Position numbers and translations under genes: made by a program. Below, piece after piece: positions 1-9,848 of a stretch of DNA of 32,660 nucleotides. The DNA is from a virus (Duplodnaviria > Caudoviricetes), in IMG/VR virus record IMGVR_UViG_3300038974_000315, positions 1 to 32,660 of that record. One strand, given 5' to 3'. The number at the start of each line of letters is the position of its first letter. The stretch's first letter is position 1. The notes beneath the pieces were generated by a model. The model was given only the letters and a program-made list of their open reading frames with translations. It had not been told where the DNA came from and did not search any database.

Positions 1-2
1 TC

Positions 3-233
3 AAGAATCGAATCATAGAACGTCTCAAGAAAGATGCAACTAAAACATATGGAATACGAGACGCAAAAGGATTTGTTCCTGAACCCGAAACTGTCGAAGA
101 GAAGATGAAAGCACAGCGTCTGATAGAATCAAAGTACATCAGTCTTATAAACGATTATTGTCTGAATAATAACATCATCGATACATCGAATCTTTCAAAG
201 AAACAAGTTGCAGAACTAATCGCAACGTATTGA
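3..233 (+). CDS. Partial CDS, C-terminus of a probable nucleotide (dNMP-type) kinase
   Basis: Frame 3 is open from the window edge to TGA at 231-233. It ends IIDTSNLSKKQVAELIATY, resembling P-loop NMP kinase C-termini. Not in the ORF track. Confidence 0.5.
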   Translation, partial: KNRIIERLKKDATKTYGIRDAKGFVPEPETVEEKMKAQRLIESKYISLINDYCLNNNIIDTSNLSKKQVAELIATY

Positions 234-241
234 GGTATAAA

Positions 242-766
242 ATGAATGACAGAACACCATGGATTGGCGTAGACTTAGATGGAACTCTAGCGTACTATAA
301 AGAATGGGGCTCAGGTAAAATTGGCGAACCTATTCCTAAAATGGTTGACCGAATAAAGCAATGGCTCAGCGAAGGGCGCAAAGTAAAAATCTTTACAGCT
401 AGAGTGGGTTACGATAACTCACAGCTTCCCGAAATCCACGAGTGGCTTGAAAAAGTCGGTTTGCCTAAGCTAGAAGTTACCGCGACTAAAGACTGGAACA
501 TGGTGGAACTATGGGACGACCGCTGCAAGCAAGTTGTTCCGAATACTGGAGAAACCGTAGAAGAACTAAATGACAAACTTCTTCTCAGACTATCGAGTCA
601 AGGGCTAGAAGACACTATTTACATAAAGAAAACAGAATACAAAAGACTCGAAGATAGAGAATACTGGCTTCAATGTCTTGAAGAAGCAGGCGTAGACAAC
701 TGGTGTGGGTATGATGAAGCCGGTAGAATCTATAGAGAAGCAATGGGAGACGAAGATGAAATGTAA
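242..766 (+). CDS. HAD-superfamily phosphatase (PNK-phosphatase-like) with an extra C-terminal phage domain
   Basis: DLDGT motif I, FTAR, K and WDD motifs. C-terminal WLQCLEEAGVDNWCGYDEA segment. ATG at 242 follows GAGG. Confidence 0.75.
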   Translation: MNDRTPWIGVDLDGTLAYYKEWGSGKIGEPIPKMVDRIKQWLSEGRKVKIFTARVGYDNSQLPEIHEWLEKVGLPKLEVTATKDWNMVELWDDRCKQVVPNTGETVEELNDKLLLRLSSQGLEDTIYIKKTEYKRLEDREYWLQCLEEAGVDNWCGYDEAGRIYREAMGDEDEM

Positions 767-1880
767 AGATTGCAATTGCGAAGGTGGGCACGTAGTTGGA
801 TGCATGCGGGAAAGTTATAAGTCTGAAATAGATAACATGCGCGAAGCAATGGGGACTCTTCCTTCTCAAGCACCCCAAAAGACATACGGCTATAAAAACT
901 CTCTAGATTCTCTTTATGTGAAGATGGTAGAGTATCCTAAAAATCCATACAAAGCTATAGTTTCTATGGCGGCAGCAACATGGGGCGACAATGAAACAGG
1001 ATCAACTGGAAAATGGGACAAGCTTACTCCCGAAAACAGATACAGAATCGTCCTTGCAGTCCTCACAGGAAACACACTGCCTCAAGCTGCGGAAGCTGTA
1101 CAATTCACTTTTGAAGTCAATGGCTCACCACGTCACACTTTTGACCAGCATGCTAGAGTGCGACTCGGAACAGCGTTCGCGTCAATTGGAACAAGAGATA
1201 ACAACAAGCTTGACGCAGATTTCCTATTCTATCCAGATGTACGTAAACGAATGGACGAGGATACACAATACAGAGAAAGAGTAGAGCAATGGATAAAAAT
1301 GACGAAAGACCTGTACGAAGAGACAATCTCGACTGGCCAGGGATCTTGGCAAAGTGGGAGAGTCTTCCTTCCGATGAGCGTGAATCATTCTTACGTATTT
1401 ACTCAAAACTATCTCGCACTGAGAGGCCAGTGTGCACGTCGGCTGATGGCGTGCGAAGAATCCTCAATTGTGGCCCTTCACATTGCATTGAGAGCACTCG
1501 TTGGGCGCAAATTCCCATTACTTTCAAACTACTTACGACCTGCTTGCGATGGAGCGAAAAGATGTATTTATCACGAGGGTCCCGAGGGTATGACGAAATA
1601 CTTCAGTTCGTTGTTCGCATGCTGTGGAAGGTGGCCGACTAAAGAAGCCTATTCTGAGTTTAACACGACATGCTCAGACTACGCAGAGCTTGCTAAACAT
1701 GGATTCGTGCTTCCGAATCCCGATGAGTGGATAAAGTATGGAGAAAACGATTTCGATAAGCTTTCTTCTTATGATAAAGCACTTTTTGATGAAGAAAACT
1801 CTTATAGCGGAGCGTATTTTACAACTAAAAAATCGATAGAAGAAGATAAATCTATAGACATTTTTGACGCGAGGAAATAA
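756..1880 (+). CDS. thyX: ThyX-like flavin-dependent thymidylate synthase (divergent)
   Basis: FTFEVNGSPRHTFDQHARVR...SIGTR, GRVFLP and NYLALRGQCARR match the ThyX pattern, but the RHR-x7-S motif is altered. Start probably 756 (MKCKDC). Confidence 0.7.
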   Translation: MKCKDCNCEGGHVVGCMRESYKSEIDNMREAMGTLPSQAPQKTYGYKNSLDSLYVKMVEYPKNPYKAIVSMAAATWGDNETGSTGKWDKLTPENRYRIVLAVLTGNTLPQAAEAVQFTFEVNGSPRHTFDQHARVRLGTAFASIGTRDNNKLDADFLFYPDVRKRMDEDTQYRERVEQWIKMTKDLYEETISTGQGSWQSGRVFLPMSVNHSYVFTQNYLALRGQCARRLMACEESSIVALHIALRALVGRKFPLLSNYLRPACDGAKRCIYHEGPEGMTKYFSSLFACCGRWPTKEAYSEFNTTCSDYAELAKHGFVLPNPDEWIKYGENDFDKLSSYDKALFDEENSYSGAYFTTKKSIEEDKSIDIFDARK

Positions 1881-2857
1881 TGGGAAAGAATAACCCAAAC
1901 TACGACAACATTATCATCGGTGGAGGAATCGCGGGATTGACAATTTTGTATTATCTCATGGAAAATACAAAAACCAGAAACCTCCTGATAACAAAAAGCT
2001 TCAACAGCCAGACCAACATTTCATTTCCAGCTGGCCCAAGGTATTTACATCAAAGTAAAGACACAGAAGCTCTTCTCCGCAGATTGGGATTATCCACAAA
2101 GACCGAAGAAATCTTTATAGGCTTCAAGTCAGGCGATGAAATCAGAAACTACGCTTCCGATGAGTTTAGAGAAAAGTATGCAATGAAATCAAGAAAGACG
2201 AACAAAGTTGAAGGTTCATTCTTATCAGGAGGAAAAACAAACTTTACGGCGTATGCTGTCACGCAAAATCAGCTTTCACTTCGACTCCTAAACAAGTGTA
2301 GCGAATCTAGTCATGTAGTAACTGCAAAATCAGATAGAAATCGAATGCTGGTTTCTGGAATAAAGAACATTGATTTCAAAAAAGTTACAACCGATTTTGA
2401 TGGTTCGTTCTATTCAAGCAACATCATCTCGACGATTCCTTTTCCATCACTATTGAAAGTAGTTTCTAGTTCCTCCGTCACCTTCCGCTTGTCGCAAAAT
2501 CCTATGTCAAAAGTTTATTATTATCTTCTCAACGAGAGCGGAAAGGATGTTTTCAACTATGTCTATAGTATCAGTGATTCGTGGTACCGTAAATCTTATG
2601 ATAAAGATCTCGATAAATGGGTGTTTGAGACTCATGAACCTCGACTTTTCGAAAGGGAGCATAAAGAAAAGATTCTCGACAGCTATAGCCTCGATTCGCA
2701 AATAGTAAATAGCCTAAACATGAAAGAGATTGGCAACATAAAACTAGTGGGACGATACGCTCAGCTCAACCATTCCATCAAGACAGAAGATGTGATAAAA
2801 TGGGCTCACAACTATACAAGAAGATTCCAGGATAAAAACAATGAAAAGTCTGTATGA
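1880..2857 (+). CDS. FAD-dependent oxidoreductase, UDP-galactopyranose-mutase/protoporphyrinogen-oxidase-like
   Basis: IIIGGGIAG dinucleotide motif, GPRYLH, IISTIP and C-terminal LVGRYAQ. Confidence 0.65.
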   Translation: MGKNNPNYDNIIIGGGIAGLTILYYLMENTKTRNLLITKSFNSQTNISFPAGPRYLHQSKDTEALLRRLGLSTKTEEIFIGFKSGDEIRNYASDEFREKYAMKSRKTNKVEGSFLSGGKTNFTAYAVTQNQLSLRLLNKCSESSHVVTAKSDRNRMLVSGIKNIDFKKVTTDFDGSFYSSNIISTIPFPSLLKVVSSSSVTFRLSQNPMSKVYYYLLNESGKDVFNYVYSISDSWYRKSYDKDLDKWVFETHEPRLFEREHKEKILDSYSLDSQIVNSLNMKEIGNIKLVGRYAQLNHSIKTEDVIKWAHNYTRRFQDKNNEKSV

Positions 2858-3773
2858 CGACCAGAAACGTTTCTTCGATAAGATAAATAAAGTAGAATAT
2901 GTAAATAAGACTCACATTGATAGAATAAAAGATTATTGTATTGGAATAAATAAAAATGTTGTCGATGTTTTCAATACTTTAGACTGGGATCCGTCTAAAG
3001 AGCATAAAACAAACTCTATTTTACACCAAAAAATCGAAGCTTCTGATGCTGTTGTGGACATTATAAAGTATGCAATGAACATTTGTCATGAATATGACAT
3101 CGATTATGACGAACTTTATCAAAAGATTCAGATGAAGAACCGTACAATCGACCAGAAGTTTAATCAGAGATTGTTCATGAGCGGCGATAAGTTCAAGAAC
3201 TCTCGTTATGTGTTCATCGTTGACATAGATGGAGTACTAGCTGACATCTCATTAGCATACAGAAACTGGTTTGCCGAGAAAACAGGCGTAGGTTTTGCAA
3301 CATTTTCAGAATGGGTAAGATGGAAGCAGAAAAACATTGATGAGTACCAGGTTCTAAAAGAAGAGTACAGATTATCTGGATACAAAATGATCATCCCTGC
3401 TATGGATAACGCTAGAGATCTATTACAAGAATGCCATAGTAGAGGAATAGTTTCTCTCCTGAGCAATCGACCAGTAAAACGCTATCCCATCATCTACATG
3501 TACACAGTTGAATGGTTGTTCAACCGCGGAATGATTCAATGGGTCGACATGATTCATTTCACTGATCTGGGTGAAAAGAAGTACTTTTTCGATAGATTCA
3601 ATGGAAAAACAGTCTATTTTATCGAAGATAATACCGCGAATCTTATTAATACAGAAGAACGGCCAAATGTATGCAACATTTATGTAAAAAATGATGTGAA
3701 TGCTTCTACGCCAGATCCTTCAAATGCCATTGTAGTCAATAGTCTAAAAGAAGCATTAGCGAAGATAAAATGA
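2841..3773 (+). CDS. Fusion of a MazG/dimeric dUTPase-like domain and a HAD 5'-nucleotidase
   Basis: Helical N-domain (EASDAVVDIIKY...KN) followed by DIDGVLAD, SNRP and IEDN HAD motifs. Confidence 0.65.
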   Translation: MKSLYDDQKRFFDKINKVEYVNKTHIDRIKDYCIGINKNVVDVFNTLDWDPSKEHKTNSILHQKIEASDAVVDIIKYAMNICHEYDIDYDELYQKIQMKNRTIDQKFNQRLFMSGDKFKNSRYVFIVDIDGVLADISLAYRNWFAEKTGVGFATFSEWVRWKQKNIDEYQVLKEEYRLSGYKMIIPAMDNARDLLQECHSRGIVSLLSNRPVKRYPIIYMYTVEWLFNRGMIQWVDMIHFTDLGEKKYFFDRFNGKTVYFIEDNTANLINTEERPNVCNIYVKNDVNASTPDPSNAIVVNSLKEALAKIK

Positions 3774-4432
3774 ATAGCGGAATCTATAAAATAACAAATC
3801 AAATAAACAATAAGTTTTATATCGGAAGCGCTATAGACTTTAATAAAAGATTTAGTGACCATGTATGTTCGTTAAACAGAAGAGATCATTATAATAAAAA
3901 GCTTCAAAATGCTTGGAACAAACACGGAAAAGAAAACTTCACTTTCGAAATCATAGAAGAAGTTCTCGACAAATCAAAGCTAATTGAAAGAGAACAACAT
4001 TATCTAGACACATTGAATCCGTGGTATAATGTATGCAAATCTGCAGGAAACACTTTGGGCGCCGATTTTTATAACAGCAAATCATTCAAACAAAAAATGA
4101 GAAAATCTAAAATAGAAAGCGCTTATTATAAAGATGTGCTTTGTAAGCCTCGTTCTGATGAAACAAAAAGAAAAATGAGTGAAGCGCAAAAGGGTCGAAC
4201 TTTAAGTAAAAATCATAAAGCCGCATTAAAAAATGCGTGGAAAAATCGAAACTACTCAGGAGAAAATCATCCATTATACGGTAAACCTAGAACAGACGAC
4301 GTGAAGAAAAAGATAAGTACCACAAAAAAGCTTAGAAAATGCAAGCCTGTAGACAACCTACAGGAAGCGATCTCCTTTATAAAGGAAGTAACAAATGACG
4401 AAAACAATAACGATAGCGGGAAAACAGCATAG
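3770..4432 (+). CDS. GIY-YIG homing endonuclease with NUMOD3 repeats
   Basis: SGIYKITN...FYIGSA, REQHYLD, and SDETKRKMSEA / NHPLYGKPRTDD repeats. Confidence 0.92.
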   Translation: MNSGIYKITNQINNKFYIGSAIDFNKRFSDHVCSLNRRDHYNKKLQNAWNKHGKENFTFEIIEEVLDKSKLIEREQHYLDTLNPWYNVCKSAGNTLGADFYNSKSFKQKMRKSKIESAYYKDVLCKPRSDETKRKMSEAQKGRTLSKNHKAALKNAWKNRNYSGENHPLYGKPRTDDVKKKISTTKKLRKCKPVDNLQEAISFIKEVTNDENNNDSGKTA

Positions 4433-7400
4433 TTTCGAACCGATTGAAGTAGAAAGCAACTTTGCTGATCTTGTAGATTCAATCGCCGACATGTCATGCA
4501 GTTCTTGTCAGAACTGCCCTCTCTCAAAACTAGACGTAAATAAAGATTTCGTTAAACCTTCGGGCTATCCAAGAGCTCGTATCATGTTTGTCGGAATGAA
4601 TCCTTCGAATGATAGATGCTCCACAACTGTTTTCGGAGGAGAGAAAGACAGGCACAAGAAAATAATCGACGAAATGCTTTCTGCAGTAAATCTTACTAGA
4701 GACAATACCTATTTCACCAACATTTTGAAATGTAGTACTGAAAACAACAAGTTCGATCCTATCATGGCTCAGAACTGCATGGGTAAGTTTATAGATGAAC
4801 TAGCCATAGTCGATCCCGATCTAGTTGTTTGTCTTGGTGGTGAAGTTGCAAAAATGTTCGGAATCACTAGTTCATCACAGAAAGCTGCGGTCAATGGTGA
4901 TTATTTAGTTGCAAGTGCATACCATCCATCGTATTTCATTAGAAGTGGAGAATCTTCTAAAGAAAATCTTGTTCATCTCAAAGAAACCATAGACGAAATA
5001 AATCTAAAGTCCTTCGTGAACTTCCATGTTCATAACGAGTTTTCTATCCGAGACGGCATTGGAACCGCAGAAGAACATGTCATGTGGGCGATAAAGCACA
5101 AGCAACCTGCTGTTTCCATCACTAACCACGGAAACATCTCGGTTTTCTTCCGCCAATACGAAGCATGCAAAAAAGTCGGCGTCAAGCCTGTCTTTGGTGC
5201 AGAATTGTACATCATTCCCAGCAGAGAAAAGCTCATTCCTTGGATCAAGAACGATGAAGAAGGTGCGGTCGAAAAACGTAAAGAGTTTGGAGGCAGTCGC
5301 CATCACATACTTCTCCTTGCCAAGAACTACACGGGTCTCAAGAACCTCTTCAAGATAACGTCACTAGCTTACATCGAATCGTTCTACAAGTTCCCTCTCA
5401 TTGACTTCGACCTAATCGCAAAGAACAAAGAGGGCTTGATTGTCTCCACTGCTTGTGCTAGTGGCGAACTCAACCGATACATCACAAACAAGCAGGTCGT
5501 CGAAGCAAATGACTACATCAAAAAGTACAAGAAAGAATTCGGTGATGACTTCTATCTTGAAATGATGTCGATGGATTATTCTCATCAATGGTTCCTAAAC
5601 AACGAGCTTCTCAAGCTTGCGAAAAAGCATGGAGTCAAAACAATCGTTACGACCGATGCTCACTATCTGTATCCCGAAGATCAAAAAGTCCACGAAGCCA
5701 TCTTGCTTCTTCAGACCAAAAAGTCCTACAAGGATGCCGAAGACACTGAAGCCGAAGAGATCCAAGAAGAAGAAACCCTTGAGAATGAAAACGAAAAACT
5801 TTGGGAGTTTACGGTAAAAGATCTTCATCTGAAGACATTCCAGCATCTCTATAGAGACCTCGAAAGTGGAAAATGGTTCGGTCTCACAAACAATGGTGGC
5901 GTAAAAATCGACTATGATGCTTTCAAAGAAACAATGAATAACACATACGAACTCTTTACTAAGATTGAAAAATTCGATCTCGACCAGACCATAAAGATTC
6001 CAAAACTTTATGATGATGGAGAAAAGGTTCTATACAACAAAATCGCAGAAGGATTGAAAACAAGAAACATTCCCAAAGACAGATTGAAAGAATACAAAGA
6101 GCGCTGTCGTAAAGAGTATGATACTATCGTAAAGATGGGATTTGTCGATTACTTTCTAATCCTTGAAGACATGATTAGATGGACAAAAGAAACCTTCGGA
6201 CGGTATTCCGTAGGACCTGCGAGAGGTTCTGCTGGAGGTTCCCTGATAAACTATCTAACTGGAATCACTGACATCGATCCTATAAAACATCACTTGCTGT
6301 TTGAACGATTCCTTGATGAAGGTAGAAAAGACCTCCCCGATGTTGACATTGATTTCCAGCCAGATGTTAGAGATGAAGTCAAGAAATACCTTGTGGACAA
6401 GTACGGAAACGATAAAGTGGCGACAATCTGCAACTATCAGGTCGCAAAAGTAAAATCGTCGATAAAGGACGCCGCACGAATCTATAATCTTGATTTCGCC
6501 GAAGTCAACAAAGTGACGAACGCTATTCCGTTCTTTATCTATGTTGATGGTAACAAAGACAACATCGACAACATGACGTATCAATACATCATAGATCACT
6601 ACGCTGAAGTAAATAGTTTTCTTGAAAAGAATCCTGATGTAGATAATCTTTTCAGACGCTTACGAAATTCAATCAAAGCCATAGGTCGTCATGCAGCTGG
6701 AGTTGTTGTTTCATCTGTTACGCTTTATGATTGGATTCCTCTCGTAAGAGCAAGAGACAACATTGTTACGGCAAATACCGAAGGGGGAGACTTTCATGAG
6801 CTTACTGGACAAGGTTTTGTTAAGTTTGACATTCTTGGGCTTAATAATCTTGCAGTTGTTAATGATTCTATGCGTCTTATTCGCGATCGTCATTCTGTCA
6901 CCATTGATTGGGATTCTATTCCTCTGGAATCACCCGAAGCTTATGCACTAGCCAGGAGGGGCGACCTCTTAGGAGTATTTCAGTTTGAATCAAGCTTGGC
7001 AAATCGAGTGACGTTAGACGTCCAGCCAACATGTTTCGACGACCTCTCGGCTATCAACGCAATCATTCGACCTGGTCCTCTCGACATGGGAATGGAAAAA
7101 GAATTCGCTAAACGAAAAAGAAATGGAGACTGGGAACATCATGTTCACCCATCATACGCAAATCTTCTCAAATCGACGTATGGTATCATTGTTTATCAAG
7201 AAGACTTCATGCGCATTTTCAAGGAAATAGGAAAGTTCAACGCAGTTGAAATCAACAGATCTAGAAAAGATCTTGTAAAGTATGAACGTTCGGCTCGTTC
7301 TGAAAACGCCAGATTGAAAAGAGTCGATGGATGGCACGACAAGTTCGTCAACGAAGCTGAAAAAGTCATGGGAATGGAAGAAGCCGAAAAACTCTGGGAA

Positions 7401-8372
7401 CTCATCCGAGCATTCGCGCGGTACGGATTCAACAAGTCTCACGCAGACGCATACACTTACACATCGTTCAGAGAGCTCTGGCTGAAGGCCCACTATGGAT
7501 TAGAGTTTTACACTGCGCTGTTGAACAACACCTTCAGAGCGAAAGAAGACAAGTATGGGACCTCTACTATTGCTAAGTACATCAGTCACATTCAAACTAA
7601 TCCTGTCTTTTATGAAAAAGATGGCAAGTTTCATAAGAGAAAATCAGTTAGAGTACTACCAGCTGATGTCAACAAGTCGGGAAAAGAGTTTGAGATTGAA
7701 GGAGAAAACATTCGATTCGGTCTCACATTCATAAAAGGAGTAACTCCTGATGCCGCAGAAGAAATCATCAAAAACAGGCCCTTCAACGATCTCGGAGATT
7801 TTATCAACTCAGATAACAAAGCTCTCAAAAATAAGAGACTCATTGTCGCACTTATCCAGTCTGGAGCTCTGGATTCGATTGCAGGAGGTAAAACAAGATC
7901 TGAGATGTATAACCGATTTATTGGAGAAAGAAAGTATAAAGAAGAACCCGTAGCATGGGATCTGACTGAAATCATACAAAACGAAGTCGAGTACACAAAC
8001 ATTAGCTTTACTGAAATCGACTATTTTACAAAACTTAGAACTGAGATTCAGGAAAAGTATGAAGGAAAACTAAACGTCAAAGCCCTTGAAGAAGCCGTTG
8101 ACATGTCGAACGGCGACCAGGTAAGCTGTTTCTTCAGAATAAACAGAATAGATAGGAAGAAGACCAAGACAGGTAAAAAATACTTCATTCTCAACATCTC
8201 AGACGGTATTTCTGTTCTCGGCAGGATCTATTACTGGGCACATAAAGAAGAGGGTCCTATAAACTGCGAAGATAAGAGCACTATAAATAACGTCTATGCA
8301 GGGACCATACATCGCCAGAACAACTTTTATAACATAAAGAAAATAAAACTAGTCAAATCTATGATAGGATAA
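4395..8372 (+). CDS. dnaE: DNA polymerase III alpha (DnaE) with an N-terminal Fe-S uracil-DNA-glycosylase-like domain
   Basis: N-terminal ~200 aa: CSSCQNC, VGMNP, TNILKC, VCLG, YHPSY. Then PHP domain (HVHNEFS, TTDAHY), RGSAGGS, LPDVDIDF, HAAGVV, KFDILGL, GIIVYQE and YGFNKSH. Confidence 0.93.
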   Translation: MTKTITIAGKQHSFEPIEVESNFADLVDSIADMSCSSCQNCPLSKLDVNKDFVKPSGYPRARIMFVGMNPSNDRCSTTVFGGEKDRHKKIIDEMLSAVNLTRDNTYFTNILKCSTENNKFDPIMAQNCMGKFIDELAIVDPDLVVCLGGEVAKMFGITSSSQKAAVNGDYLVASAYHPSYFIRSGESSKENLVHLKETIDEINLKSFVNFHVHNEFSIRDGIGTAEEHVMWAIKHKQPAVSITNHGNISVFFRQYEACKKVGVKPVFGAELYIIPSREKLIPWIKNDEEGAVEKRKEFGGSRHHILLLAKNYTGLKNLFKITSLAYIESFYKFPLIDFDLIAKNKEGLIVSTACASGELNRYITNKQVVEANDYIKKYKKEFGDDFYLEMMSMDYSHQWFLNNELLKLAKKHGVKTIVTTDAHYLYPEDQKVHEAILLLQTKKSYKDAEDTEAEEIQEEETLENENEKLWEFTVKDLHLKTFQHLYRDLESGKWFGLTNNGGVKIDYDAFKETMNNTYELFTKIEKFDLDQTIKIPKLYDDGEKVLYNKIAEGLKTRNIPKDRLKEYKERCRKEYDTIVKMGFVDYFLILEDMIRWTKETFGRYSVGPARGSAGGSLINYLTGITDIDPIKHHLLFERFLDEGRKDLPDVDIDFQPDVRDEVKKYLVDKYGNDKVATICNYQVAKVKSSIKDAARIYNLDFAEVNKVTNAIPFFIYVDGNKDNIDNMTYQYIIDHYAEVNSFLEKNPDVDNLFRRLRNSIKAIGRHAAGVVVSSVTLYDWIPLVRARDNIVTANTEGGDFHELTGQGFVKFDILGLNNLAVVNDSMRLIRDRHSVTIDWDSIPLESPEAYALARRGDLLGVFQFESSLANRVTLDVQPTCFDDLSAINAIIRPGPLDMGMEKEFAKRKRNGDWEHHVHPSYANLLKSTYGIIVYQEDFMRIFKEIGKFNAVEINRSRKDLVKYERSARSENARLKRVDGWHDKFVNEAEKVMGMEEAEKLWELIRAFARYGFNKSHADAYTYTSFRELWLKAHYGLEFYTALLNNTFRAKEDKYGTSTIAKYISHIQTNPVFYEKDGKFHKRKSVRVLPADVNKSGKEFEIEGENIRFGLTFIKGVTPDAAEEIIKNRPFNDLGDFINSDNKALKNKRLIVALIQSGALDSIAGGKTRSEMYNRFIGERKYKEEPVAWDLTEIIQNEVEYTNISFTEIDYFTKLRTEIQEKYEGKLNVKALEEAVDMSNGDQVSCFFRINRIDRKKTKTGKKYFILNISDGISVLGRIYYWAHKEEGPINCEDKSTINNVYAGTIHRQNNFYNIKKIKLVKSMIG

Positions 8373-8376
8373 TACT

Positions 8377-8838
8377 ATGCTGAAACGACCTGTATACATA
8401 GACCTAGAAGGTTCTGACCTGACGGGGAAGTCGACACTGCTTCACACGACGTTCCACGAATCAGACTACAGCAAAGAAATGTGTTTTCATGATCGAGGAA
8501 TACTGACTCAATATCTTTACAATACTCTATTCGGACGATACGAAGAAGACAACGAGATATGGGCAACTGAACTCTACAGGTTCATCCAAAATAATGGAAT
8601 CTTGATACTGGTTGCGAACTCAAAAACATTAGAAAAAAGATTTTCAGATAGAAGCGATGACATCTTCAAATTCGATTCTATAAGAAGAATAAACGATGAA
8701 TATAATGCGTTCTATGAAAATCTTCTTTATGCATATCCAACAGTAGCTAGAATCTTCATTGAAGACAAAACGCCTAAAGAAATATTTGAAGAAGCCAAAC
8801 CGTTTTATGAATACATGCTAAAAAGGGGACGTCAATGA
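8377..8838 (+). CDS. Thymidylate/dNMP kinase
   Basis: LEGSDLTGKST P-loop and HDRG motif. Confidence 0.8.
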   Translation: MLKRPVYIDLEGSDLTGKSTLLHTTFHESDYSKEMCFHDRGILTQYLYNTLFGRYEEDNEIWATELYRFIQNNGILILVANSKTLEKRFSDRSDDIFKFDSIRRINDEYNAFYENLLYAYPTVARIFIEDKTPKEIFEEAKPFYEYMLKRGRQ

Positions 8839-9845
8839 GAGCATTCCTGACAGGAGAAGAAGGATTTATTGCAAGAAACCTCATTCGTGTAGCCGGAGAT
8901 CGGCTTGATTTTATCAATGATGAGCTGAAAGAGAGTCTGTCGTTTTCTTGCATGCCCAGAAATGAAAAAGGTGAAATAGATTTTATCAATCTTCATAGTA
9001 TCGATGCTCTCAAGCGATATATGAAATGTGACGTTATCATTCATAATGGAGCTGTTGTTGGAACCGATGTATGTGGTCTTCATCCAAGACAAGCGATTGC
9101 GAACAATGTTCTTGGAACGTATTACATCGCAACATTGGCGAAACAGCTTAATGTTCCCGTAGTATACATTGGAACCACAGTTATTTACGACACTCAAAAG
9201 ATTCAACATGACTGTATAACCGAGCAGTCCCCTATTTTTCCAAGAACGTTATATGCAACTACAAAGTATGAGGGCGAACTAATCATAAGAGCGTATTGTC
9301 AAGATTCAAAATATTGCATTCTTCGTCCTCTATTCTGCTATGGTGGAGAAGGAGATATGAACTCTCTTATAGCAAAAACAATGTATAATCACCTAACAAA
9401 AAGAAATAAACCATTCAAGATCTTTTTAGACAGTTCGAAATCAAAAGATTATATGCATGTTGATGATTTCTGTGAATCGATTGTTATTGCTGCAACATCG
9501 CAGTATATTCTAAACTTTAACACTGATTTCAATATTTCAGCTGGAGAGCCCGTTGAGACAAACAAGATTGTCGACGAAATAGAAAATCTTGGAATAGATA
9601 CGTCGTATATTCAATGGAGACCCGATACAGATTATCTTGGTAATCATATCGTTAGCAATAGCAAGTTTAAAATCGCAACATATAATAAATGGGAACCGAA
9701 AGTATCACTAGTTGAAGGGCTGAAAAGAGTGAGAAGTGAGATTCTCTCGCTTCCATTGAACACAGAATATAATCCGTTTAAGCATCTAGACGAAATAGAA
9801 GAAAAAGACATTGACATCGAAACCCATTACAACTTCAAAGGATAA
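8835..9845 (+). CDS. NAD-dependent nucleotide-sugar epimerase/dehydratase
   Basis: FLTGEEGFIA Rossmann motif, YATTK catalytic motif and KDYMHVDD. Confidence 0.85.
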   Translation: MRAFLTGEEGFIARNLIRVAGDRLDFINDELKESLSFSCMPRNEKGEIDFINLHSIDALKRYMKCDVIIHNGAVVGTDVCGLHPRQAIANNVLGTYYIATLAKQLNVPVVYIGTTVIYDTQKIQHDCITEQSPIFPRTLYATTKYEGELIIRAYCQDSKYCILRPLFCYGGEGDMNSLIAKTMYNHLTKRNKPFKIFLDSSKSKDYMHVDDFCESIVIAATSQYILNFNTDFNISAGEPVETNKIVDEIENLGIDTSYIQWRPDTDYLGNHIVSNSKFKIATYNKWEPKVSLVEGLKRVRSEILSLPLNTEYNPFKHLDEIEEKDIDIETHYNFKG

Positions 9846-9848
9846 GTC

